A DNA stretch of 63,477 nucleotides, filler included, from Octopus bimaculoides (Eukaryota): assembly GCF_001194135.2 (NCBI RefSeq). It is 7 parts of 7 records of this genome, joined end to end, with 100 filler letters (N's around TTAATTAATTAA, not from the genome) between each part and the next. Parts side by side here need not be neighbours in the genome. Positions count along the whole stretch, not along the records: positions 9,606 to 20,073 come from NC_068982.1; positions 20,174 to 33,979 come from NC_068989.1; 5 more parts are not named here. The stretch is one strand, 5' to 3'. The notes under the pieces are model-generated. The model saw only the letters and a list, made by a program, of their open reading frames with translations, made no database searches and had not been told where the DNA came from. The position numbers and the translations under genes are program-made. Positions 12,243 through 24,990 of this stretch are shown here, one piece after another (the first letter of the stretch is position 1; every line of letters starts with the position of its first letter).

Positions 12243-12656
12243 GAGGATATACGGTGATATACATATGGAAGATCTTAGTTGGGCTGGCACCAACTTTCAG
12301 ATTGAGAGTTATACCAGCCCCTGGACAGGGGCTGATATACCATCCAACCCATCCCAGCTTGAGTATGGACAAGATACTGCAATATCATGCGTTTTCAAAG
12401 GCCCACAGCTTTTTAAAATCTCGCATAGGCACCTGTGAGATCTACATAGAGCGGGGGTAGATGTTTTCAAGAAGCATCTTGACCTTCTACTATTCAACAT
12501 CCTGGATGAACCTACATCAAGACTAGAAACTCAAACGTGGAAAGCAATATCAAACTTCCTCGTTCATCAAATGCCAGCTACATTGGAATAGCCATTGAAA
12601 AGGTGATGGCACTTGTTGTGCACCTGCATGGCCAATCTGTAGGCTGAAACACATAA
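12243..12656 (+). mobile_element. 3' end of a CR1-group LINE (RT C-terminal region, frameshifted) with its 3' tail
   Basis: Reads YTVIYIWKILVGLAPTF / ..FKGPQLFKI..*DLHRAGVDVFKKHLDLLLFNILDEP..AISNFLVHQ. The IY-x-WKI-x2-GL-x-P, F-x2-GP-x-LF and FK-x2-LD-x2-L-x3-D-x-P motifs are typical of CR1-group ORF2 ends. Confidence 0.8.
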
Positions 12657-12798
12657 NNNNNNNNNNNNNNNNNNNNNNNNNNNNNNNNNNNNNNNNNNNN
12701 NNNNNNNNNNNNNNNNNNNNNNNNNNNNNNNNNNNNNNNNNNNNNNNNNNNNNNNNNNNNNNNNNNNNNNNNNNNNNNNNNNNNNNNNNNNNNNNNNN

Positions 12799-12864
<66 letters not shown>

Positions 12865-14101
12865 GTATAGGTATGTATATGTGTATGTATATGCGAAAAT
12901 ACAAGTATTGAAACACGGTCATCATTCTAAAATAAGTTTATAAGTTTATGAGTATAAATGGAACACTTACTAATAAGGAGGATCGCGTTGACTGGAATTT
13001 CACTACGCACAGAGACACAAAAACAAATACGCGCACATGCACGCATACACATATGTATATATATATATACATACATATATTAGTGTATTTGATATTAAAT
13101 ATTAATTCGTTGTCAACTTCTTAATAATATATTAACATATAAAAATTTCAGAGTAAAAACTACGAATTTTTTTTTATCTATATTTAATAATGACAACAGC
13201 AACAGCAGCAGCAGCAGCAACAACAGCAGCAGTAGCAATAGCAACAATAATAACAATAACAACAATAACAACAATAACGATTACAATAACAACGGTAGTA
13301 ATAATAATTTTAACAAGTAAATCGTTTGACAAAAAATTAAAATCCGTTTCTAGTGCCATCATGAGGTAAATATCAATACGATCTTCATGAAAAATAATCT
13401 TTTCTTTTTTAACGATTTATTGAAAATAGAAATAAAAAAAGAATAGAGAAATTTTAATCATGCAAAATCAACCATAAATAAACATATTTATAAGCTGTTG
13501 GCTTATGTGTTTGCTTGTCTGTTTGTTTGTTTGTTTGTTTTTAAATATTTATTAAATGTAGGCTGAGCCAGGTTGTAGCATTCAGAAATCTGAAGAATCA
13601 TATTTAAAAGAAAATAAATTTCGTTACAAGAATTTTCAATTTTTTTTTTCTTCTATTAAGTGTAATAAATGTTGATCAGTTGATTCACAGAATCTTGAGT
13701 GTCAGTAATACCAATTATTAAACTCAATTCAAATTACCAGTTTGTTTCTAGAGATGAAATAAAATAACGTTAAATTATATACCTACGGGCAGTTGAAGCG
13801 AATATGATGCTTCGTAAAAGTAGGAGAATGTGAAGAGGGAGGGGAAATGCATAATATTTTTTATTGCCGTATTAATTCAGATAGGAAATGAAAAGTGAAA
13901 AAAAAAGACAAAATGAGTGAGGAAACTGTGAGGATTATATCATTGATATTTCATCAATTGATGTGTAAAATTGAAAGTGAGGTAAGAGAAAGATGTTAAT
14001 GATTTGTGCAAACACACACACACACATGCATGTATGCGTGTGTGTGTGTGTGTACACATGTATGAAGAGAGAAAGAAGGAGTGGTGTATGTGTGTGTGTG
14101 T

Positions 14102-14222
14102 GCAAGGCTATATGGTTGAGAAGTTAGCATCAATGCCGGGCGGTTCCTAGTTGAGTTCCAATGCGTGTTAGCCACATACCACCAATGGCTTGTGAGTGAA
14201 TTTGGAAGATGGAAACTCGTGT
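14102..14222 (+). mobile_element. Degraded SINE family A head
   Basis: GGCTATATGGTTGAGAAGTT..GCTTGTGAGTGAATTTGGAAGATGGAAACT followed by (GT)n. Confidence 0.45.
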
Positions 14223-14231
14223 GTGTGTGTG

Positions 14232-14271
<40 letters not shown>

Positions 14272-15453
14272 TGTGTGTGTACGTATATGATATAAGCCAA
14301 ATGATATAAAGCAATAAGTACACGAAAGATATATAAGAAATTGTAAACGGAGAGCTGGACCATCAAATATTTCACTATTTAAGGAATCTAGAAGTTGCAA
14401 ACGGTATAATAAGAATGCCGATGGCATAATGTAGCATGCTACTGAAACGATACCTAACGCATTGGATAAGATACATAACTACGTTTGAGGGTTTAGATGA
14501 AAAGAAGTTAGGAAGTATTATTCGGAGCGAATTAAGTAACTGGTTTAGAATATGAAAATTTGCTTGATCGGCACATTCTACCCTAAGTTCATATGACTTA
14601 TTAAAGATATTACCTGGACATTTAGATATTTCCCATAATTCAGTGCAGCAAAGAATGCATCCATATCTATCATTTGAGTAGGGTAATGCAAGCTTTATTG
14701 TGCTCTAGGTAATTTGGTATTTAAATTATTGGTCTTTTAATACCAAACATTTCTCTGCGAGTTACGTAACCACAATATTTGTATGATTATTGAAAGATTA
14801 AGAATGGCCGTAATATATCCGCTTGAATTAGCAAGAAGTGGAACCGATCTAGATAAAAGTATTTACATAAGTTATGCCACATCTATGTATAGTATATTTA
14901 GTTAAGCATAAACTATTTAGAGGACATAGAAATATGTCTAACAGTTACATAATTTAGGATATGTATGGCCGATGGTGCTTCCAGAGTTATTGAAGGACTG
15001 TACAGAGATTCGACTATTGTTAGATCTGACAGAACTATCCGAATTATCTGTGCTTACATAAGAAACGGTGGGATTATCATTTCCCGCTGTACACTACTAC
15101 ATAAACTGTGGAAGTTAAAATATTTACCATGATCATTAATAGTTACATAACCTACATTTACACTAGAATTGGTGCAACTGTTATTTAGGTTGCTTGCGCC
15201 GTTCTCATTGTTAAGGTTAATTATTTCCCCATTATGCCCGCCACTACTAATGCTATAAGGATGGTTAGTATTATTACATGTAGAGGTGTTGTATTTAGAT
15301 GTTGAAAAAGGCTGCTGACAGACAGTATGTTGACTGCTAATGTTGGTTACTTGACTGCTACAATGAGCCCTATTAAAGTGGCTAGTGATACGATTGTTCC
15401 AGCGACTCTCATGGCAGTAAATGTTAGAGTTAGAATTAATCATCATTGTATAT

Positions 15454-15625
15454 ACATTATTTACATTATTTACATTTGACGGATATTTGTCATCATCTTG
15501 TTTGTTAAAACAACATTTCGGTTGATATACCCTCCAGCCTTTATCAGGTGACTTGGGGAAATTTCGAACCTGGGTTCTCATTCTTAAAGTATTTTTCGAT
15601 GTTGTTGTTGTTGTTAGTATTATTA

Positions 15626-15673
<48 letters not shown>

Positions 15674-15824
15674 TCAGTGGCTAGAATCGAACTCAGAATC
15701 TTGCGGTTAGTAGCNNNNNNNNNNATTATTATTCAGGTCAGTGGCTAGAATCGAACTCAGAATCTTGCGGTTAGTAGCCTGCGCTCTTAACCACTACGCC
15801 ATATGCCCGTGGGCAATTATGGAG
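15454..15824 (-). mobile_element. Left arm of palindrome: tRNA-like head, (TAA)n, decayed hammerhead region (family G)
   Basis: Reverse complement of 15854-16190. The hammerhead core is mutated here (CTGATAA, GAAATGTT). Confidence 0.85.
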
Positions 15825-15853
15825 CGAAACCCTAAAATTTACTCCATAATTCA

Positions 15854-15935
15854 CTCCATAATTGCCATATATGGCGTAGTGGTTGAGAGTTCGGGTAACT
15901 AACCACAAGATTCCGAGTTCGATTCTAGCCAGTGA

Positions 15936-16030
<95 letters not shown>

Positions 16031-16218
16031 GCATCGAAAAATACCTTAGGAATAAGAACCCAGGTTCGAAATTTCCTCAAGACGCCTGATGAAGGCTGGA
16101 GGGTATATGAGCCGAAACGTTGTGTTAACAACAAACAAGATGAGGACAAATATCCGTCAAATGTAAATAATGTAAATAGTGTACATAATTCCTCATCTCT
16201 TAAATATAAAACTGCATT
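15854..16218 (+). mobile_element. Right arm of palindrome: tRNA-like head, (TAA)n, hammerhead-bearing 3' part (family G)
   Basis: A box TGGCGTAGTGG at 15872-15882, B box GAGTTCGATTC at about 15915-15925, (TAA)n 15940-16030, hammerhead 16081-16126. Confidence 0.85.
16081..16126 (+). ncRNA. Minimal type I hammerhead ribozyme motif (Penelope-like, dimer type)
   Basis: GACGC-CTGATGA-A-GGCT(12 nt)AGCC-GAAA-C-GTT-GTGTT. Stem I GACGC/GTGTT, stem II GGCT/AGCC, and palindromic AACGTT in place of a helix III hairpin. Confidence 0.7.
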
Positions 16219-16603
16219 ATCATTGTATATGTCATTATGTTTGTCCCTACGCTCCTTACCAATTGGTGTAACTTAGTGGTTCGGCAAAAAGTGACCGGCA
16301 GAATAAGTACCAGATTTTGAAAGAATCCAAGAATGTAACATGTATTCGCAGAAGACTGCCTTGAGGTATTTGGTACAGCTCTTTGTGTTCTCAGTTTGCT
16401 TACGGTGACCCTGAGTGTTTGCATAACAACAGTGGTGTGGGGTGGTAGAAATTACTGCGGGAATATCTGTTGGTGTTCTGTAGAAATTATACATACGTGT
16501 ATATGTGTGTTTGCCTATGCGTGTGTTTAAATATGTATCCATATATATGTAAATATATGTGTGTATACATCTCTCTCTCTCTCTCTCTTTTTCTCTCTCT
16601 CTT

Positions 16604-16634
<31 letters not shown>

Positions 16635-16637
16635 ATA

Positions 16638-16680
<43 letters not shown>

Positions 16681-17571
16681 NNNNNNNNNNNNNNNNNNNN
16701 NNNNNNNNNNNNNNNNNNNNNNNNNNNNNNNNNNNNNNNNNNNNNNNNNNNNNNNNNNNNNNNNNNNNNNNNNNNNNNNNNNNNNNNNNNNNNNNNNNNN
16801 NNNNNNNNNNNNNNNNNNNNNNNNNNNNNNNNNNNNNNNNNNNNNNNNNNNNNNNNNNNNNNNNNNNNNNNNNNNNNNNNNNNNNNNNNNNNNNNNNNNN
16901 NNNNNNNNNNNNNNNNNNNNNNNNNNNNNNNNNNNNNNNNNNNNNNNNNNNNNNNNNNNNNNNNNNNNNNNNNNNNNNNNNNNNNNNNNNNNNNNNNNNN
17001 NNNNNNNNNNNNNNNNNNNNNNNNNNNNNNNNNNNNNNNNNNNNNNNNNNNNNNNNNNNNNNNNNNNNNNNNNNNNNNNNNNNNNNNNNNNNNNNNNNNN
17101 NNNNNNNNNNNNNNNNNNNNNNNNNNNNNNNNNNNNNNNNNNNNNNNNNNNNNNNNNNNNNNNNNNNNNNNNNNNNNNNNNNNNNNNNNNNNNNNNNNNN
17201 NNNNNNNNNNNNNNNNNNNNNNNNNNNNNNNNNNNNNNNNNNNNNNNNNNNNNNNNNNNNNNNNNNNNNNNNNNNNNNNNNNNNNNNNNNNNNNNNNNNN
17301 NNNNNNNNNNNNNNNNNNNNNNNNNNNNNNNNNNNNNNNNNNNNNNNNNNNNNNNNNNNNNNNNNNNNNNNNNNNNNNNNNNNNNNNNNNNNNNNNNNNN
17401 NNNNNNNNNNNNNNNNNNNNNNNNNNNNNNNNNNNNNNNNNNNNNNNNNNNNNNNNNNNNNNNNNNNNNNNNNNNNNNNNNNNNNNNNNNNNNNNNNNNN
17501 NNNNNNNNNNNNNNNNNNNNNNNNNNATATATATATATATGCATACATACGTACATACATACATACATACA

Positions 17572-17604
<33 letters not shown>

Positions 17605-17894
17605 GGCACTGTTGTAAGAAGTTTGTTTCTCAACTACATGGCTATGAGCTATGGGTTCACTCCCTCTGCATAGCATCAGAATTATCATCCCATGAAAGCC
17701 AAGAAGTTAATCTTTGAGAAGTGGAAATAAATGACTGGGAAAGTTAAAGAGGCGAGAGCTCTATGTTGCTTCAGATCATATGAATAACCTTTCTTTTCTG
17801 GAGGGATGGGAGTTGAAGATTCTTAATTGGTTTGGTCTAGAGCAAGTGAGCACTCCTAGTGTTTTGGAAGTCCCCCGAGACAGATGAGACCGTC

Positions 17895-17990
17895 ATGGTC
17901 AGCATTCGCCTTCAACGGCCGCTCCAAGTCGACGCCTGCAGGAAATTGTGCTGATAGTTGACTGAAGTGTAAATCTTTGCATAACAACAC
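17895..17990 (-). mobile_element. Possible Tc1/mariner transposase C-terminal scrap
   Basis: ..ISCRRRLGAAVEGEC* resembles ..CSWFWSRLGAAVEV at about 47100-47150. Confidence 0.35.
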
Positions 17991-18659
17991 AAATATTAAC
18001 GTGGTCAAACAGGCATGACCATGACATAACAGCGCTGTGTTTTTCTTTTTTGGATAATTTCAATAGGCTTCCATTAAGAATTGATTTAACACAATGATTT
18101 TTCAAATTTAATGAACTCCAAAGCAATGGACCGGAACTTTCAGTTGAATTTATAAGAATTATTTTATACGTTTTGTAAAATAATAAGAGAGGTGGTTTTG
18201 TATTTTTTTTAAAGAGATTCTGAATAATATGAATAATGCGGCATTATTTTGTGTATTTGATCTTTTAGTTTCAGCACACTGTATTAATTATGTAGATGAT
18301 TAGTAGAATCATTAAATTCTGAGAATTCTTAAGAAGATATTTTTTATGTCATTCGATATTCTAAATTTTCGATTTTTTAAGTTAATGGCTGAGATTTGAT
18401 TTTCATCTCATCAAATGAAATTGAAACTTGAATAATATATACATTTCAATTACAATTATGAATATAATTTCATATTTTAGACTTCATGATGCTTGCTTAA
18501 CGTTACACTGAGGACTAATCCTATTTATATATGAAGAACCTCGGATAACCACACAATGACATTTTCTTGGTTATTGATTGCATAAGTTCAAATCTTACCT
18601 AAAATTCGTTGTATTATGTCAGTGAGAGAGGCATATAAACCCGTTTCTTTATTCAGAAT

Positions 18660-19720
18660 AGTAAGCTTTCTCATTCATAGTCGAATTGTTACAGGTAGAA
18701 AGAAATGTAAAAGTATTTGTTCCAATAAAAAAAAAACCCATACTTTTACAAACTCATCAGAAGCTAATTCATGGTTGAATTGTTACGGATAGAAAGGGGT
18801 GTAAAAACATTTTTCCTAATAAACGAACTTTCTGATCATTTCACACATGTTTGGAACATATTTAACCCATAAAAAGGTCACTTTCATTGCAATTTGCCAC
18901 AGAGAAAGATTCTCACTTCAAGCAAAAGGTAAAAACACTAAAACCATTTCATTGCGCCCACTGTGGACTAGAGTATGCATTTCAAGCTATTTATGATCTC
19001 ATCAATATTAGATATCAAGAAGGCGGCGAGCTGGCAGAATCTTTAGCACGCTTCGCAAAATGCTGAGCGGCATTTCGTCCGTTTTTAGTTCTGAGCTCAA
19101 ATTCTGCCGAGGTCAACTTTGCTTTTCATCTTTCCGTAGTCGATAAAATAAGTACCAGTTGGGTACTGGGGCTGATGGAATCTACTTATCCCCTCCTCGA
19201 AACTGCTGTCCTGGTGCCAAAATTTGAAACCAATATTAGATACCAAGAGGGAAAATGAGGAAATGATTGAAACTTTCCTTTCCCTTTTGAGAAATCAGTA
19301 CAAATAATCCGCTGAGAGCGTGGTGCGGCCACCAAGCAGGAACAAAATTCATGGTTTTAACGTGAAACTGTTATGAAACAAAAAAGTTCCATTACTTCAA
19401 ATATGCTTGGGAGATATTTGACATACAAAAGCCTAATTTCACTACGATTTGCTATGGGGAAAAAGTCTCGCTTTAAGCAAAACGTGTAAAGTTCACAAAA
19501 GGTGTTCTAATAAAAACTATGCTTTTACAGCCTCGTCAGAAGTTAATTCATGGTTGAATTCTTAAATATATAAAATAAACGAAAGGTTTTGACCTAATAA
19601 AAAAAACCATGCTTTTATAATCTCTTCAGAAGCTAATTCTTTGTTGAAATGTTACAGATAGAATTGAATATAAAGATATTTGTTCAAATAAAAATCGTGT
19701 TTTAACGTGTTCCTCCGGAG
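18660..19720. repeat. Decayed tandem repeat with an approximately 90-bp unit, interrupted by a SINE B
   Basis: AATAAAAA..CCATGCTTTTA..TC(A/G/T)TCAGAAG(C/T)TAATTC..GTTGAA recurs at about 18725, 19510 and 19595. Confidence 0.6.
19020..19238 (+). mobile_element. SINE family B, full length
   Basis: AAGGCGGCGAGCTGGCAGAAT (A-box-like), GAGCTCAAATTC (B-box-like), GCCGAGGTCAACTTTGCTTTTCATC..GTCGATAAAATAAGTACCAG core. Confidence 0.85.
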
Positions 19721-20482
19721 TGAATTGCTGCCAACGACGAATGTACTGAGATGCACATAACCAAAAGTAGACTTTGTTACTTATCACATTTATTAAATAA
19801 ATAGTTGTAAGTTGCAGTCATTCTCCGTGGAGAAGATAGATAAACTATAATGGCGAGCTTCTAAAAACAGGCGAAACCAGTCGCATTGTTAATTCATTCA
19901 AGAGACGGAAAGACAGCGAGATAGAGTGGAGAGAGAAGTCGAGAAAATAGGTAAGACGACAGAAGAGGAGGAGAGACAGAGAAACCTGAAATGTGAACAT
20001 TACATCCATTTTGATAATAAACGTAGAAATATTATTCAGCGCATAAATACACGTTGGGTAATATATATATATANNNNNNNNNNNNNNNNNNNNNNNNNNN
20101 NNNNNNNNNNNNNNNNNTTAATTAATTAANNNNNNNNNNNNNNNNNNNNNNNNNNNNNNNNNNNNNNNNNNNNTATATATGAGCATGTCTAGATATGCAA
20201 GTATATGTATGAGAATACATACATGCATACATACATACATACATACATACATACATACATACAAACATACATACATACATACATGCATAAATACATACAA
20301 ACATACATACATACATACATGCATAAATACATGCATACATGCAAACAAACAAAAATACCCTGTTGTTGTTGTTGAAATTCCAATTAAGGAGTCTTGGATC
20401 TAGGTTAGAAAGAAGTTCTTTTTCTATTGGCAAGAAATCGTTAAATAAACTAAATAATGACATACATACATACATACATACA

Positions 20483-20514
<32 letters not shown>

Positions 20515-20553
20515 CATGTACTAATATACTAATATACGTATATATAAAATATA

Positions 20554-20768
20554 CGAGGGTGTGTTGAAAAGATCCTGACTGAGTAAAAGAAAGTACAGGA
20601 GTATCAGTTAATTATGATTTTATTCAACATATTCCTCTTCTCAGATTAACACTCTGCAGTGGTACTTCAGTATTTTCCTAAGCCCTGTAAAAGATCTCAG
20701 AAGGTTATGCCTCCAACCGGGCCTTTCGCGATACCGTTAAGGCCAGCATCTTTTCAGTGTGTGTCTGC
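20554..20768 (-). mobile_element. Mariner-derived non-autonomous element (MITE)
   Basis: TA|CGAGGGTGTGTTGAAAAGATCCTG end, with a degenerate inverted copy (CCAGCATCTTTTCAGT) at the other end. The minus strand keeps a mariner C-terminal remnant (FYRA..VNL..EYVE*). Confidence 0.7.
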
Positions 20769-21754
20769 GAGTGCATGTATGTATTCTTATGTCTAGAGTC
20801 AATGTCTGTAAGTCTAAGTGGATGAATAAACAGGTAAAGTTCTTCATCGTCATAAGTCGAAACATCTGTGTGTGCATTTGTGTATGTATCCACATGTTAG
20901 CATAAGTGTTCACATATATATATCTATATATATATATATATATATATATNNNNNNNNNNNNNNNNNNNNNNNNNNNNNNNNNNNNNNNNNNNNNNNNNNN
21001 NNNNNNNNNNNNNNNNNNNNNNNNNNNNNNNNNNNNNNNNNNNNNNNNNNNNNNNNNNNNNNNNNNNNNNNNNNNNNNNNNNNNNNNNNNNNNNNNNNNN
21101 NNNNNNNNNNNNNNNNNNNNNNNNNNNNNNNNNNNNNNNNNNNNNNNNNNNNNNNNNNNNNNNNNNNNNNNNNNNNNNNNNNNNTATATATACATATATA
21201 TATATATATATATGCTTGTGTACGCTTCCATGTTAATACAAACAGGAAAATGTTTATGGGGTAATATTCAAATACACGAGTGCACTGCTTTTGTAGGCTG
21301 CTGTGTAAATTTGTAAGTTTAAATGTATGTACGTGCCAACTCTCCGTGAACGTTATGTAATACATTCTCATTATCACCGTTTTCATCGTACTCCTTCGTT
21401 CCCTGTCTGTCTGTCTGTCTCTCTCTCACTCTTACTCTCTCTATATATATATATATATCTATCTCTATCTATCTCTATTTCACCTCTTCCATTCTTTCAT
21501 GTACCTTACACTCTACACTATCTTCACCCATATCATTGGGGATTTTTTTCGCTTCTAATAAGCTGTCAGAATACGCGGAAAACTAGCGCTATGTTAGGAA
21601 GGTTAGAGATAGTCAGTTGTAACTGTAATATTAATCTGAACAAGATCGTATAAGCTCAGTTGCATCTACTAATAATGATAAGCCTAGAAACAAAATCTTC
21701 CATTTTTCTTTCTTTTTCCCCTCTTTCTTTTTTATCATTTTTACTGGTTGCCAG

Positions 21755-21821
21755 CGTGTTAGTTACATTTATAACTTAAGACCTTTACGACTGATGAGCG
21801 AACGGCACCAGTTTTATATAG
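21755..21821 (+). CDS. Candidate exon of unknown + strand gene
   Basis: About 45-nt polypyrimidine tract, GCCAG acceptor and AG|GTAGGT donor. Only phase 0 is open: RVSYIYNLRPLRLMSERHQFYI(V). It ends in phase 1, matching 24861. Confidence 0.6.
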
Positions 21822-22358
21822 GTAGGTTTGTTAACCTACTCAATGTCTTAACATTATTCACTACTGTTTCTGCTGTTTTTGCTGCTGTTGTTTCATCTCT
21901 TACATATTGCTGACTTATAATTGAGATCAGCGTTCTTTTTAATTTTGTGTATATAGAGTTTCTTCCTTTAAATTCTTCAGACTTCAGAGAGAATCAGGTT
22001 TTTGTTTTTTTACTTCTGTGTAATTTAGCAGTTCCATATAGTTTGATATTTTCACTCTCAGAAGCATGGATATCTCCCAAATTTATAAAGACATGTTTGA
22101 CTTACTAATGTGATAGGTAAATGTGTCTAAGCAAACTCACCGTTGGTGTGTCGAGATAAATTATGAAACACACGATGGAATATATGAATGAAATTATATA
22201 AGACCCGACATTTTTTGTTTCTCATAAAACAAAATAACAAGTAAAGCAAAAAATATAAGGTTCCCATATATTTGGTACTTGGTCTCAGCAAAGTCAATTT
22301 CTTGAGAATTTATACAAATATGTATACATGTATAGCGGCACTCCGATATACATATATA

Positions 22359-22551
22359 TATAGTGAGAATTTACAAAGAAACAAAATACGAAGACGGATC
22401 TGTTAACAACAAACAGATGTATCAATTTATCGCTCGGGAAGTGAGAAAGTCTTTTACGTTTCGAGCCTACGCTCTTCAACAGAAAGGAACACAGAGATAA
22501 GCAGAGAGAGAAAATAAAAAAGGTTTAGTGGCTAGCGATCTATCATGGCGA

Positions 22552-22552
<1 letters not shown>
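22359..22552 (-). mobile_element. Family H pLTR-like repeat with hammerhead motif at 22451-22486
   Basis: Minus strand: CTTT-CTGTTGA-A-GAGC GTAG GCTC-GAAA-C-GTA-AAAG, with perfect stems I and II. Flanked by (TA)n and (CA)n. Confidence 0.7.
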
Positions 22553-22584
<32 letters not shown>

Positions 22585-24336
22585 NNNNNNNNNNNNNNNN
22601 NNNNNNNNNNNNNNNNNNNNNNNNNNNNNNNNNNNNNNNNNNNNNNNNNNNNNNNNNNNNNNNNNNNNNNNNNNNNNNNNNNNNNNNNNNNNNNNNNNNN
22701 NNNNNNNNNNNNNNNNNNNNNNNNNNNNNNNNNNNNNNNNNNNNNNNNNNNNNNNNNNNNNNNNNNNNNNNNNNNNNNNNNNNNNNNNNNNNNNNNNNNN
22801 NNNNNNNNNNNNNNNNNNNNNNNNNNNNNNNNNNNNNNNNNNNNNNNNNNNNNNNNNNNNNNNNNNNNNNNNNNNNNNNNNNNNNNNNNNNNNNNNNNNN
22901 NNNNNNNNNNNNNNNNNNNNNNNNNNNNNNNNNNNNNNNNNNNNNNNNNNNNNNNNNNNNNNNNNNNNNNNNNNNNNNNNNNNNNNNNNNNNNNNNNNNN
23001 NNNNNNNNNNNNNNNNNNNNNNNNNNNNNNNNNNNNNNNNNNNNNNNNNNNNNNNNNNNNNNNNNNNNNNNNNNNNNNNNNNNNNNNNNNNNNNNNNNNN
23101 NNNNNNNNNNNNNNNNNNNNNNNNNNNNNNNNNNNNNNNNNNNNNNNNNNNNNNNNNNNNNNNNNNNNNNNNNNNNNNNNNNNNNNNNNNNNNNNNNNNN
23201 NNNNNNNNNNNNNNNNNNNNNNNNNNNNNNNNNNNNNNNNNNNNNNNNNNNNNNNNNNNNNNNNNNNNNNNNNNNNNNNNNNNNNNNNNNNNNNNNNNNN
23301 NNNNNNNNNNNNNNNNNNNNNNNNNNNNNNNNNNNNNNNNNNNNNNNNNNNNNNNNNNNNNNNNNNNNNNNNNNNNNNNNNNNNNNNNNNNNNNNNNNNN
23401 NNNNNNNNNNNNNNNNNNNNNNNNNNNNNNNNNNNNNNNNNNNNNNNNNNNNNNNNNNNNNNNNNNNNNNNNNNNNNNNNNNNNNNNNNNNNNNNNNNNN
23501 NNNNNNNNNNNNNNNNNNNNNNNNNNNNNNNNNNNNNNNNNNNNNNNNNNNNNNNNNNNNNNNAGATTCAAACTCAAAAGTTTGCTTATGTTCAAATAGG
23601 GTTCAATGAAAATAAAAATACGAATACAAATACAATAGTGAAGAAATAAGTAAATAAAAATATATTTACTATACATACTTACATCAGTAAAAAGCTGGCA
23701 ATCCTAAATCTATTTTGTATTAATCAAATAAGTAAAAGATAGTTTATTGGTCATATTTTTAAAATAAGTAGCGTTCCATTTATCTAAGTATCTTTAACAG
23801 TAATAAATAAATAAATTAATTAATTAATTAAAGAAATAAAGAAATAAAACAGAAAGGGAGCAAGGAAAAATTTTATAGGGATAAAACACTCATGTGTGGA
23901 ATTTGTAATAAAATAAATAAAATAAGTAAAAAACAGAATAAAAGTACAGAGTTAAAGTTATTTGTATAAATCAGAGAGAAAGGAAAAATCTCTTATAGCA
24001 AAGATTTTTTTTTTTAGTTCAAGCGATGACATATCTGTGTGTGCAAAACTATAGTGGTCAAGGGGAGGTAAATATGGGTAGTTACTTTATCCAGGAATGA
24101 TTTTAAAAATATATTGAAAAAGTATTATAAATAAAAATATGGGTTCTTTTTTAATATATAAAGGTTTGAAAAATAAATCTATCTGTATATATTAGTTTAA
24201 TAAATACATAAAATAACTGGTTAAATAATATTAGTAAAGTAATACATGGGGGTGGGGAGAAAACAGGATAAATATTAATATTAAGTCAGAGTAGGGAGGA
24301 AAATTTACAAATTAGTCTTGATTATATTAGTAATAA

Positions 24337-24360
24337 GACGGAAACTGAAAGAAGCCTATC

Positions 24361-24405
<45 letters not shown>

Positions 24406-24649
24406 GTATGTATGTATGTATGTATGAGTGCGTATATGTTTTTTGTGTTTGTGTTTATCCCCCAACATCGCTTAAAAACCGATGCTGGTGTGTTTATGTC
24501 CCCGTAATCTAGCGGTTCGGCAAAATAGAACGATAGAATAAGTACTAGGCTTACAAAGAATAAGTCCTGGGGTCGATTTACTCGACTAAAGGCGGTGCTC
24601 CAGCATGGCCGCAGTCAAATGACTGAAACAAGTAAAAGAGTAAAAGAGT
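24337..24649 (+). mobile_element. SINE family A (5'-truncated, young-looking) with internal (TA/TG)n
   Basis: GACGGAAACTGAAAGAAGCC-microsatellite-CCCCAACATCGCTT..AGCGGTTCGGCAAAA..GGCGGTGCTCCAGCATGGCCGCAGTCAAATGACTGAAACAAGTAAAAGAGTAAAAGAGT. Confidence 0.9.
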
Positions 24650-24860
24650 ATACAAACCACTTCGAATATTATTTTAGCAAGTTTAAAATGATTTCTTTTG
24701 TGCCGTAAACCATTGACCATTTCTGTGGTGCTCCCTCCTCCCCTTGATACCCTAAGCACGTGCTTATTTTGTTTGATAGTTAATCCGGCGCTTGTTAAAT
24801 GTTCTAATCGTCAAAATAAAATGTCACCCGAATCCATTTTTATATTTTGAAAACACCCAG

Positions 24861-24990
24861 TATTCATTCCTGCTAATTTCGACAAAGATTTCAACATAAC
24901 ACGCAGCAAATACATCACAGAGTCTTATTTTCCGCACATCGCTACCCATTCTGAACGGACAATGGCATATTTTGTCCGTTTGATGCACCG
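24861..24990 (+). CDS. Candidate exon of unknown + strand gene
   Basis: CCCAG acceptor and CG|GTAAGT donor. 130 nt, open: (V)FIPANFDKDFNITRSKYITESYFPHIATHSERTMAYFVRLMH(R). Confidence 0.65.

Noticed and set aside
15054-15629. 191-aa N/S-rich ORF on the - strand
   Set aside because: Its first third is the family G repeat and microsatellite, the rest has no recognisable motif, and no convincing splice sites were found.
15655-15778. Tandem duplication of about 55 bp in the left palindrome arm
   Set aside because: Identical sequence on both sides of a 10-N gap indicates an unmerged contig overlap.
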